Below, piece by piece: positions 50,573-59,102 of a DNA stretch of 64,000 bases. A program made the translations under genes and the position numbers. Numbering within the stretch: the stretch's first letter is position 1; each line of letters starts with the position of its first letter. The stretch is from the NCBI GenBank assembly GCA_902583785.1, contig CACHXE010000001.1, positions 1,774-65,773 of the forward strand, written 5' to 3'. The stretch is from an uncultured Pelagibacteraceae bacterium. GTDB lineage: Bacteria > Pseudomonadota > Alphaproteobacteria > Pelagibacterales > Pelagibacteraceae. The notes beneath the pieces were generated by a model. It saw only the letters and a program-made list of their open reading frames with translations, was not told where the DNA came from and searched no databases.

Positions 50573-50661
50573 GAGAGGTGGCCGAGTGGTTGAAGGCGCA
50601 CGCTTGGAAAGTGTGTAAACGGGAAACCGTTTCGTGGGTTCGAATCCCACTCTCTCCGCCA
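50572..50661 (+). tRNA. tRNA-Ser (anticodon GGA), CCA encoded
   Basis: Hand fold: acceptor GGAGAGG/TCTCTCC, anticodon stem CACGC/GTGTG with loop TTGGAAA, a long variable arm, and T arm GTGGG-TTCGAAT-CCCAC. Its first G is the last base of the upstream TAG stop. Confidence 0.9.
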
Positions 50662-50676
50662 TTTTCTAAAATCTAA

Positions 50677-51594
50677 TTACTTTGTGACCACTAGTCTGTT
50701 GATTGGCATTGAGAAATGCCCTTGCCCTTCGATATCTTTAGTTTGTTTCGATATCACGAGAAGATCAGATAGCTTTGAAAGCATTATCTTACGAATCTCT
50801 GGCGGCAAGATAAATGAAGCATAAAAAAATCCTGCAGTAGTTTCAGCCACTTTGGCTACGGGTCCTTCCAAGGATACCACACTAGTATCGATATTAATTT
50901 TAGCATCTGGAAAAGCCTCACTTAAAAGATGTTCTAAGCTATCCGTACTCCGTATTCTTGGATCACCTAAATCAATCTCACCATACTTAGGTAGCTTCGT
51001 TTGTACATATTCATAGATTAAATTGTGTACATCTCTATATCCCGGGGCTACATCCATAGGTCCGTTGATCAATGCCGCAAACCTTCCACCAGAGGAAAGT
51101 ATACGACGGACTTCATTTAGCACTGGAGTAATTGGGTCCATAAGTGTAAGAGCCCAATGACACAGTACAACGTCTATTGAATTATCATCGATTGTTGTCA
51201 AATTTTGAGCTTTTAACTCAAATAGATCAACCGCACTGTCTGGCAGACGAGCTTTAGCAAGAGCCAATTCTTCCGGACACATATCTACTCCTTTTAATCT
51301 CAAGTTTTTATTACGGTCGTATAAAATTTTTAATAATGGTCCCGATCCACAAGCAAGATCCAGCACACGAGTACCTTTGATATCAGGCACGATTTCAGCC
51401 AACCATTCATAACTATTACGTCCAGCCTTATCACGACAGGTACTTGCACACCTTTCAGTAAAACCAGCATTATTTTGATGAATATTTCTTAGATGGGCTA
51501 GAAGTGCTTTATCATCTGGCTGTTGATTATTACCAAGAATATCAGTCCAGATAGAGTTAACACCGTTTTGATTGTTTATATCTTTATTTGTCAT
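50677..51594 (-). CDS. class I SAM-dependent methyltransferase
   Basis: 305 aa with motif I VLDLACGSG and post-I/II blocks (GVDMCPEE, DVVLCHWAL, LSSGGRF). It overlaps the upstream dioxygenase by 11 nt. Confidence 0.75.
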   Translation of the reverse strand: MTNKDINNQNGVNSIWTDILGNNQQPDDKALLAHLRNIHQNNAGFTERCASTCRDKAGRNSYEWLAEIVPDIKGTRVLDLACGSGPLLKILYDRNKNLRLKGVDMCPEELALAKARLPDSAVDLFELKAQNLTTIDDNSIDVVLCHWALTLMDPITPVLNEVRRILSSGGRFAALINGPMDVAPGYRDVHNLIYEYVQTKLPKYGEIDLGDPRIRSTDSLEHLLSEAFPDAKINIDTSVVSLEGPVAKVAETTAGFFYASFILPPEIRKIMLSKLSDLLVISKQTKDIEGQGHFSMPINRLVVTK

Positions 51595-52579
51595 CGACCG
51601 GCCAACAAATTGGATTTAGAGGACTAGCAGCAACTTCGCCAGGTTTTACATTTGGCATGAATTTTTGCCAGTCACCAGAAACCATTGTAGGAGAGTTTAT
51701 CACCCTTGCCCCATCTCTAAAATAAGTATTAGCTAGAGCTATTCGGCTACGATTAGTTCGATTCCTTGATGCGGTATGAAAATTTAAATTGTGATGAAAG
51801 CTAACCTCACCTAACTCGAATGGAGTTTCATTCACTGTAACACTATTTTTTTTAAAAACTTCAGACACACCACGGTCATAGCCAGTACCAGTCTTTTCAA
51901 ATGTAATGGCATTAACTAGCTTATGTACATCTAACGGGTAGGCAAAAGAAAGTGGTCCCATCTCAATCGGCGTTGGTTGTGCCGGTATCCATGCAGTGAC
52001 TACATCATTAGTATCTAATGGAAAATGATGGTCGTCATAGTGCCATGGTGTTCTACCACAACCAGCTTGTTTTGCTAAAACGTTATCATGGTAAAGTCTG
52101 ACTGCTGGAACTCCAAGAAGATCAGCTGAAATTTGACCAAGACGCGGTGACAATACGTATGAACGTAAAAGTGTGTTCTTGGGCCATATCATTTCAAGAC
52201 TAAGGAAACGGTCATGTGCTTCTTTATCAGGATCAACATTAAATTCTTTTTTTAATAGTTTTGTTAATTCATTCCTAAGTTTAAGCACAACCCCAGGAGA
52301 GAAAACTTTCTTTAGTTTAATAAAACCATTTTTTCTAAAGAAATCAATTTGGTCATTTTTCAAAGGATAAGTCTTAGCCAATTCGGAGACAACTTCATCA
52401 TCACTTGGGATTGTAACATTTGGTAAAGGTTCAGCAGTTATTATAGGATCTTTTCTAGTGTAATTGTCTGCAAGACCAACATACCAGTCCCACCAAGCTT
52501 GGTTGTCTTTATCCCAAGGTTTACTGATATCAGAGGCATCAGATATTTTTGAATTTAATATTTTTTTCGGGACTTTCAT
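51584..52579 (-). CDS. Fe(II)/2-oxoglutarate-dependent dioxygenase, PhyH (phytanoyl-CoA dioxygenase) family
   Basis: 331 aa with the HxD facial-triad block TPWHYDDHHFPLD, a distal His in FHHNLNFHTASRNRTNRSR (Arg for 2OG), and a general PhyH-like layout. Confidence 0.7.
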   Translation of the reverse strand: MKVPKKILNSKISDASDISKPWDKDNQAWWDWYVGLADNYTRKDPIITAEPLPNVTIPSDDEVVSELAKTYPLKNDQIDFFRKNGFIKLKKVFSPGVVLKLRNELTKLLKKEFNVDPDKEAHDRFLSLEMIWPKNTLLRSYVLSPRLGQISADLLGVPAVRLYHDNVLAKQAGCGRTPWHYDDHHFPLDTNDVVTAWIPAQPTPIEMGPLSFAYPLDVHKLVNAITFEKTGTGYDRGVSEVFKKNSVTVNETPFELGEVSFHHNLNFHTASRNRTNRSRIALANTYFRDGARVINSPTMVSGDWQKFMPNVKPGEVAASPLNPICWPVDDK

Positions 52580-52663
52580 ACAATATTTATACTGTTTTTA
52601 TTGAAATTAGTAAGTATGCGTTTTGACCTTCTCCAGGAATTCAATCTCTTCAATATAGTTTTG

Positions 52664-52672
52664 TGATATAAT
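52664..52672 (+). promoter_or_regulatory. extended -10 promoter element TGATATAAT
   Basis: It matches TGnTATAAT exactly, 24 nt upstream of the ATG at 52697. The predicted leader of about 17 nt contains GGAGG. Confidence 0.35.
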
Positions 52673-52696
52673 ATTAACGAATCAAACGGAGGAAAC

Positions 52697-52756
52697 ATGA
52701 GCGGTTGGGAAATATTAGCAGTAGTAGCTGTAATTTATTGGTTAGCAAACAAGTAA
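52697..52756 (+). CDS. 19-aa hydrophobic micro-ORF (MSGWEILAVVAVIYWLANK)
   Basis: The strong GGAGG Shine-Dalgarno sequence (52688-52692) lies 4 nt before the ATG. Such sequences are rare among the genes in this window. The peptide has a single TM-length hydrophobic core. It is divergent from the PhyH-methyltransferase pair and convergent with the P60 terminator. Confidence 0.35.
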   Translation: MSGWEILAVVAVIYWLANK

Positions 52757-52782
52757 ATTAATAGTACTTGAAAATTAAAATA

Positions 52783-52808
52783 GGTATTTATCTCCCAGAT
52801 AAAATACC
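52783..52808 (-). terminator. intrinsic terminator of the ampG-P60 unit
   Basis: GGTATTTATCT-ccc-AGATAAAATACC forms 11 bp with one bulge. On the minus strand it is followed by UAUUUUAAUUUUC. Confidence 0.5.
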
Positions 52809-52848
52809 AATCCTATTGCTATCCCAAGTAATATCCAATGCATTTTAT

Positions 52849-53592
52849 TTAAGCTCTCCTAACGCTAGTTACTTTTAAATTAGCAGTTTTATAGATTCTT
52901 TCTATAGTTTTTTTAGTGTTCATTATAACTACTTTTTTCATAGGCCCATAAGCATGTATTAATTTATTTTTACTTAACGCAACTGCTACATGTCCTTTCC
53001 AAAAAACCATATCATTTTTTTTTATGTTTTCGATTTTAATTTTTTTTTTAAAATATTTTTCTTGATCTTTGGAATCTCTAGGACAGTACTTGTTATTGTA
53101 ATTAAAGAAAATCTGTACTAAAGCTGAGCAATCAATACCTTTAAAACTTTTCCCACCCCATAAATATTTTATATTTTTAAATAATTTGATATCTTTAAAA
53201 ATATCTCGATATTTAAAATTATTTTTCTCAATATCAGAAATTTTAATCCAATAATTCCCAAATTTTCCAAACTTTTTATATTTTTTTATTATTCTTATCC
53301 TCGATTCATAAGAAAGGAATTTATTTAATTTTTTTTTTGGATTAGGCTTGCTAAATAGTCTTGCCTTTAAAACAGCAACTTTAAAATTTGGTCTAATTGG
53401 TTTGATAAATTTATTGATTTGAATAAACCCAGTATAATTATCTTTTTTAATTTTAATTTTATTCCAACTACCGTGTTTGCCAATCACTTTAAAATTATCA
53501 CCATAAAGCAACTGAGTATCTAGCGAAGATTTTAAATTCTTCTTTTTATAAAGATTGACTATAGGTAAATTATTTCCAAAACTATTTTTCAC
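52849..53592 (-). CDS. NlpC/P60 (C40) cell-wall peptidase with N-terminal SH3-like repeats
   Basis: 247 aa with the catalytic block GGKSFKGIDCSALVQ and then WKGHVAVAL...IHA (Cys-His-His). It overlaps ampG by 11 nt. Confidence 0.75.
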   Translation of the reverse strand: MKNSFGNNLPIVNLYKKKNLKSSLDTQLLYGDNFKVIGKHGSWNKIKIKKDNYTGFIQINKFIKPIRPNFKVAVLKARLFSKPNPKKKLNKFLSYESRIRIIKKYKKFGKFGNYWIKISDIEKNNFKYRDIFKDIKLFKNIKYLWGGKSFKGIDCSALVQIFFNYNNKYCPRDSKDQEKYFKKKIKIENIKKNDMVFWKGHVAVALSKNKLIHAYGPMKKVVIMNTKKTIERIYKTANLKVTSVRRA

Positions 53593-54958
53593 TTAACTTT
53601 ATATTATTTTTAATCATATAAAGGAAAATCAGAGAAGGTATTACCATTACAGCTGTAATAATAAAAAATATACCCCAGTCACCATTTAGCCAATCCACCA
53701 TTGCTCCCGATGAGGCTGCCAGAGTGGTTCTTCCTGCTGTTCCAATTGAGGCGAGAAGAGCGTATTGAGTTGCCGTATAAGTTCTATCTACCAGCATAGA
53801 AATAAAAGCAACAAAAGCAACCGTAGCAAACGCTGCTGCCATGTCATCAAAAATTACTGCAACAGCAAATAACCATTCAGATTTTCCTGTCCAAGCAAGA
53901 GCAGAAAATAAAAGGTTTGTAGATGCCATTAATATTCCTGATACAAACATGGCTTTTATAACACCTGATCGGATTGCAAATAGACCTCCCAAAAGAGTAA
54001 AAATAACAGTAGTTATCCATCCTAGGCCTTTAGAATAAATAGCAATATCTCCCTTGGAGAAACCTATTTCTTTATAAAATATTATGGACATCCTTCCAAG
54101 AAAAGCTTCTCCAATTTTAAAAAGAAACACGAATCCTAAAATTCCCAAAGCAATTTTGAAACCATTTTTTTTAAAAAAACTTAAAATAGGACCAGCAATT
54201 GTTCCACTAATCCATGCTGCTGACTTAGTTATAAAATTCGAAGCACCAAGTTTACTTTGAATCATTTTTTCGGTTCTTATTTGAGCTTCTTGTCTTTCGG
54301 TTGGTTGCTCTTCGTTTACGAACATCAGACCAATATTACATGCAATAACAACTATACCAAGAACTAGGAAAGTGAGTTGCCAATAATTTTCAAACCCTAA
54401 ACTCTGGAAATATTCTGCAGCATTAAGCGCAATGACTCCACCAAGTTTATATCCAGTCCACCATCCAACAACAGCCATGGCAGCCCCAGCTTGCATCGAT
54501 TTACCCTCATCTTTTCCAATTTGTTCAATTCTTAATGCGTCTACAGTGATATCTTGAGTTGCTGAGGCTATCGCAATTATTAAACCAACAGTAATTACTA
54601 AAGCAAGATTAGCTGTAGGTTCTACCATATTCCAACAAACTAAACTCAGTAGAATTATTAGCTGCATAACTATAATCCAACCACGACGATGTCCGACTTT
54701 ATTAGTTAACCATGGAATACGAACTCTATCAATTAGAGGAGCCCATAAATAGTTAAAAGCATAAACTGCAAATATTAGTCCAGCCCAACCAATTGTACTT
54801 CTGCTTAAACCCTCTTCTTTTAACCAAAGGCTCAAACTACTTCCAATAAGAACCCAAGGGAATCCACTTATGATACCCAACAATAGTATTCTTAGCATTC
54901 TTATATCTAGATAAATTTTAAAAGAATCTTTAAAACTTTGTTTTTGATAAATTTCCAT
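53582..54958 (-). CDS. ampG: AmpG-family muropeptide MFS permease
   Basis: 458 aa, 12-14 TM. The blocks LGIISGFPWVLIGSSLSLWLKEEGLS and WAPLIDRVRIPWL..VGHRRGWI are typical of AmpG. Confidence 0.8.
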   Translation of the reverse strand: MEIYQKQSFKDSFKIYLDIRMLRILLLGIISGFPWVLIGSSLSLWLKEEGLSRSTIGWAGLIFAVYAFNYLWAPLIDRVRIPWLTNKVGHRRGWIIVMQLIILLSLVCWNMVEPTANLALVITVGLIIAIASATQDITVDALRIEQIGKDEGKSMQAGAAMAVVGWWTGYKLGGVIALNAAEYFQSLGFENYWQLTFLVLGIVVIACNIGLMFVNEEQPTERQEAQIRTEKMIQSKLGASNFITKSAAWISGTIAGPILSFFKKNGFKIALGILGFVFLFKIGEAFLGRMSIIFYKEIGFSKGDIAIYSKGLGWITTVIFTLLGGLFAIRSGVIKAMFVSGILMASTNLLFSALAWTGKSEWLFAVAVIFDDMAAAFATVAFVAFISMLVDRTYTATQYALLASIGTAGRTTLAASSGAMVDWLNGDWGIFFIITAVMVIPSLIFLYMIKNNIKLSEK

Positions 54959-54978
54959 TACTATAACTATAAATTAAT

Positions 54979-56451
54979 TCATGCTCTCCAGAAAGAGGGT
55001 AAAAAAAGGACTAATACAGCGAATATTTCCAATCTTCCAAGCAACATTGCAAAAGATAATATCCATTTAGATACATTTGATACCTCACTAAAATTACCAT
55101 TAGGTCCTATCATATCCCCTAAACCTGGCCCAACATTGGATATAGATGTGGCAGAACCAGATATTGCAGATAAAAAATCTAACCCTGAAATCGAGAGAAG
55201 AACAGCTATTATTAGAAATAACAACAAGTAAGCAAATATAAATATTATAATTGAGTTTGCAAAACTGTCTTCAATTTTTTGTTTGTTATAATTAACAATA
55301 AAAATGCTATTAGGAAAAAGTAATTTTTTGATCTGATTTTCAACAAAAAGAAAGAGTATCTGCAATCTAAATATCTTAATCCCACAAGTTGTAGATCCTG
55401 CACAACCACCAACAAACATTAAAAATAAGAAAAAAATTAGCGGAAACTTTCCCCACAAACCAAAATCATCTGTAACGTAACCAGTTCCAGATAATATCGA
55501 AACAACATTGAAAGATGAAATTCTAAGATTATCAATTGTAGAATATTCAGTGCTGTTTAAAAACAGGTACAAAAACATAATTAAAATTGAAATTAGTAAC
55601 AAATAAACAAAACCCTTAATTTGTACATCATCAAAAAAAATTTTTCTATTACCTTTAATAAACTTGAGATATGCAATGAAAGGAATGCTGCCAAGTACAA
55701 TAAATATTGTAGCAGTAAATTCAATTCCAGGGCTATTAAAATATCCTATAGACTCATTATGAGTAGAAAATCCTCCGGTTGCTAAAGTTGTAAATGAGTG
55801 GGCGACACTATCAAAAAAGTTCATTCCTTGAATCCAGTAGCATAAAATACAAGCTAAAGTTAAAAATGTATAAATAGAAATTATTGTGAATGCTACTTCT
55901 ATTGTTTTTGGTAAAATTTTTTCTGTACTTGAAGAGTCAGTTTTAAAAACTTGCATTCCTCCTACTTTTAAAAGGGGCATTACAGTTGTTGCCATTACAA
56001 TTATTCCAATTCCACCTAACCACTGCATTATTGCTCTCCATAGCAAAATACTTTTAGGAGAACTATCTAAGTCGGATATTACAGTAGACCCCGTAGTTGT
56101 AATACCTGACATACTCTCAAAAAAAGCCTCACTAAATGATAAATTTAATTGTGATAATATAAATGGCAGACTTCCAAATAATGCAATACTCACCCATGCT
56201 AATGTAGAAAACAAAAAAGCTTGCTGAAGGTTTAATTGTTTTTCTTTTTTTAAACTTACTAATATTATAAGAGTTCCAATAAAAATTGTTATAATTGATG
56301 ATGATAGAAAGCTATTGCTATTCTCTTCATAAATTAGCTGTATCCCGTAAGGTATTATCATAAAGAGCCCAAGAATTACCAACAGGATTCCTACAATAAA
56401 AAAAACAGTTTTATTTGACGCCATAAAATCTGGACAATATTTAAATAGCAA
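54979..56451 (-). CDS. trkH: Trk-type potassium uptake protein TrkH
   Basis: 490 aa, polytopic, with repeated selectivity-filter-like GxTTTG/SGTG/TGGF segments (SGITTTGST, LATGGFS, LSGTGY, GSTTCGIK). Confidence 0.85.
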   Translation of the reverse strand: MLFKYCPDFMASNKTVFFIVGILLVILGLFMIIPYGIQLIYEENSNSFLSSSIITIFIGTLIILVSLKKEKQLNLQQAFLFSTLAWVSIALFGSLPFILSQLNLSFSEAFFESMSGITTTGSTVISDLDSSPKSILLWRAIMQWLGGIGIIVMATTVMPLLKVGGMQVFKTDSSSTEKILPKTIEVAFTIISIYTFLTLACILCYWIQGMNFFDSVAHSFTTLATGGFSTHNESIGYFNSPGIEFTATIFIVLGSIPFIAYLKFIKGNRKIFFDDVQIKGFVYLLLISILIMFLYLFLNSTEYSTIDNLRISSFNVVSILSGTGYVTDDFGLWGKFPLIFFLFLMFVGGCAGSTTCGIKIFRLQILFLFVENQIKKLLFPNSIFIVNYNKQKIEDSFANSIIIFIFAYLLLFLIIAVLLSISGLDFLSAISGSATSISNVGPGLGDMIGPNGNFSEVSNVSKWILSFAMLLGRLEIFAVLVLFLPSFWRA

Positions 56452-56480
56452 TAAAATTCAACTTATTATAAACCTTAATT

Positions 56481-58046
56481 ATGCTTGAATATGATCTAAT
56501 TCAATCAACATCTTCTTGGCCATTTGTTGAGATCCGTAAACTTCTTAAGGAAAGAAAAGAAATTATTGACAAAAAAAAGAAAATTACTTTTCAAACAGGA
56601 TACGGGCCAAGTGGTTTGCCGCATATTGGAACCTTCGGAGAAGTTTCAAGAACCTCTATGATGATCAATGCGCTAAATCATATTAAAAAAATTGAATCTG
56701 AGCTTATTACATTCTCAGATGACATGGACGGATTAAGAAAAGTACCGGATAATATTCCCAATGATAAAATCCTTCACGACAATCTTGGAAAGCCTCTTAC
56801 AGATATTCCAGACCCATTTAAAAAATTCAAAAGTTTTGGTGAGCATAATAACAAAATGCTTGTAGAATTTTTAAATAGATTTCATTTTAAATATAAATTT
56901 AAAAGTTCTACAGAAAATTATAAAAAAGGATTTTTTAATAATTCTTTAATTAGAATATTAGAGAAATACGATGATATTATGAATATAGTTTTACCCACTC
57001 TAAGAAGCGAAAGAAGAAAAACTTATAGTCCTTTTTTACCAATCTGCTCGGAAACTGGAAAAGTTCTAGAAATACCTGTTCTAAGTATAGATAAAAAAAA
57101 TAATAAAATAATATTTGATAATAATGGGAAAAAAATTGAAAAAAGTATTTTAGACGGAAATTGTAAATTACAATGGAAAGTCGATTGGGCTATGCGATGG
57201 TTCACATTTGATGTTGATTTTGAAATGTATGGTAAAGACTTAATAGAAAGCGCAGCAGTATCCGGGAAAATTTGTAAAATGTTAGGAAAGAACCCCCCCA
57301 ACGGGTTTGCATATGAATTATTTTTAGATGAGAAAGGAGAAAAAATATCTAAGTCAAAAGGCAATGGTATAACCATAGAGGAGTGGCTGAGATATGCTTC
57401 ACCTGAAAGTTTATCACTGTATATGTACCAAAACCCCAGAAGGGCAAAAAAACTTTATCCAGATGTTGTTCCTAAAGCAGTAGATGAATATCTATCACTA
57501 ATTGAAAAATATTTTAATCAAAAACCCAAAGACAAAATATCAAATGCAGTGTGGCATGTACACAACGGATCTCCTCCTCAAGAAAAAATTATTATGCCTT
57601 TTTCTATGCTTTTAAATATTGTTGGATCAAGCAATTCAAAAAATAAGGAAGTTTTATGGAAATTTATTAAAAAATTTCATAAAGAATTAGATCCAAAGAC
57701 GCATAAAATTTTAGATGGATTGACCGTTTATGCCATAAATTATTTTGTAGATCGTGTTGAACCAAATAAAAAATTTAAAAAACCTAATAATGATGAAAAA
57801 AAAGCTCTAATTAATCTTATTGAAATTTTAAAAAAAGTACCTCAAAACACTGATGCAGAAAAAATTCAAACAATGATTTATACTGCTGGAAAAGAAAATG
57901 GCTATACTAGTGATTTACGAAGTTGGTTTAAATTGATATACGAAGTTGTTTTTGGAGAAGTAAATGGCCCGAGAATGGGCTTTTTTATAAGTTTTTTTGG
58001 AGTAAAAGAGACAATTGATTTAATGGAAAAAAAGTTAAAAATATAA
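56481..58046 (+). CDS. lysK: lysyl-tRNA synthetase, class I
   Basis: 521 aa with the HIGH-type motif SGLPHIGTFGE and the KMSKS-type motif KISKSKG. The class I form is typical of many Alphaproteobacteria. Confidence 0.9.
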   Translation: MLEYDLIQSTSSWPFVEIRKLLKERKEIIDKKKKITFQTGYGPSGLPHIGTFGEVSRTSMMINALNHIKKIESELITFSDDMDGLRKVPDNIPNDKILHDNLGKPLTDIPDPFKKFKSFGEHNNKMLVEFLNRFHFKYKFKSSTENYKKGFFNNSLIRILEKYDDIMNIVLPTLRSERRKTYSPFLPICSETGKVLEIPVLSIDKKNNKIIFDNNGKKIEKSILDGNCKLQWKVDWAMRWFTFDVDFEMYGKDLIESAAVSGKICKMLGKNPPNGFAYELFLDEKGEKISKSKGNGITIEEWLRYASPESLSLYMYQNPRRAKKLYPDVVPKAVDEYLSLIEKYFNQKPKDKISNAVWHVHNGSPPQEKIIMPFSMLLNIVGSSNSKNKEVLWKFIKKFHKELDPKTHKILDGLTVYAINYFVDRVEPNKKFKKPNNDEKKALINLIEILKKVPQNTDAEKIQTMIYTAGKENGYTSDLRSWFKLIYEVVFGEVNGPRMGFFISFFGVKETIDLMEKKLKI

Positions 58047-58051
58047 TTTTA

Positions 58052-59101
58052 ATGTTCAATTTTTTAAGACCTTTTATATTCAATTTAGATCCCGAAAAGG
58101 CTCATGATTTAGCAATAAAATCATTGAAATATAATTTTATACCCCAAAAATTATTTTCGGTAGAAAACGAAGAAGTTTTAAATACAAAATTATTTGGAAA
58201 AGAAGTTCAAAATCCAATAGGTCTTGCAGCCGGATTTGACAAAAGCGCAGAAGTTTACAATGAAATATTTAAGCTCGGCTTTGGTTTTGTAGAAATTGGT
58301 ACGGTAACACCAAAGAAACAATACGGGAATCAAAAACCAAGAATTTTTCGTTTAGAAAAAGACAGCGCCTTGATTAATAGATTGGGTTTTAACAATGACG
58401 GATCTGAAATTGTGAAAAATAGGATTGAAAATAATATTCCCAAAGGTCTTTTAGGTATTAATATTGGACCCAATAAAGAAACTAGCAACATGATTAATGA
58501 TTTTATCGCGTGTGCAAAAACTTTTTTCCCTATGGGAGATTATGTTACAATAAATATTTCTTCTCCAAACACAGAAGGCCTCAGAGAATTTCATGACAAA
58601 GAACTTCTTGAGGATTTATTATTAAAAATTAATAAAATAAGAGAAGAAAGTAATTTTAAAAAATCTTTTTTACTTAAAATTTCTCCAGATTTAGATGATT
58701 CTTCAATTGATCATATTATAGAATTGTCACTAAAACATAATATTAATGGTTTAATTTTAACAAACACATCAGTTGGAAATAGAGAAAATCTTATAGATCA
58801 AAAAAAAAATGAGGAAGGAGGTTTATCAGGAAAACCTATAAAAGATTTATCCACAAATTTTATAAAAAATTTTTATAAAAGGTTAAACGGAAAAATACCA
58901 ATAATAGGTGTTGGAGGAGTAGACTCTGGTAAATCTGCTTTTGAAAAAATATCAGCAGGCGCATCAGCTGTTCAATTATATACAGGCATGATCTACAAAG
59001 GTCCTTTAATAGTAAAAGAAATTAAGAGAGATCTTATAAATATTTTAAAAGAAAAAGGTTTTAAAAATATAAAAGAAGTTATTGGTACTAATTTAAATTA
59101 G
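58052..59101 (+). CDS. pyrD: dihydroorotate dehydrogenase (quinone), class 2
   Basis: 349 aa with GLAAGFDK, VEIGTVTP, NRLGFNN, NISSPNT and the GVGGV block. Confidence 0.9.
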   Translation: MFNFLRPFIFNLDPEKAHDLAIKSLKYNFIPQKLFSVENEEVLNTKLFGKEVQNPIGLAAGFDKSAEVYNEIFKLGFGFVEIGTVTPKKQYGNQKPRIFRLEKDSALINRLGFNNDGSEIVKNRIENNIPKGLLGINIGPNKETSNMINDFIACAKTFFPMGDYVTINISSPNTEGLREFHDKELLEDLLLKINKIREESNFKKSFLLKISPDLDDSSIDHIIELSLKHNINGLILTNTSVGNRENLIDQKKNEEGGLSGKPIKDLSTNFIKNFYKRLNGKIPIIGVGGVDSGKSAFEKISAGASAVQLYTGMIYKGPLIVKEIKRDLINILKEKGFKNIKEVIGTNLN

Positions 59102-59102
59102 T

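Noticed and set aside
52625-52660. Weak resemblance of GGAATTCAATCTCTTC to the tRNA-Ser 3' half (GGGTTCGAATCCCACTCTCTCC) at the far end of the PhyH-methyltransferase pair, which could be a degenerate att repeat.
   Set aside because: It gives only about 9 of 12 matches with gaps over the best stretch and then decays. That is not distinguishable from chance by eye, and there is no integrase. I mention it only as something an alignment tool could test.
52775-52843. 22-codon hydrophobic ORF (MHWILLGIAIGLVFYLGDKYLF) on the minus strand, 5 nt after the P60 stop.
   Set aside because: Its 3' half coincides with the stem-loop and U-tract that I interpret as the ampG-P60 terminator. It has no Shine-Dalgarno sequence. 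A terminator or 3'-UTR explains the sequence more simply, although a real micro-protein cannot be excluded.
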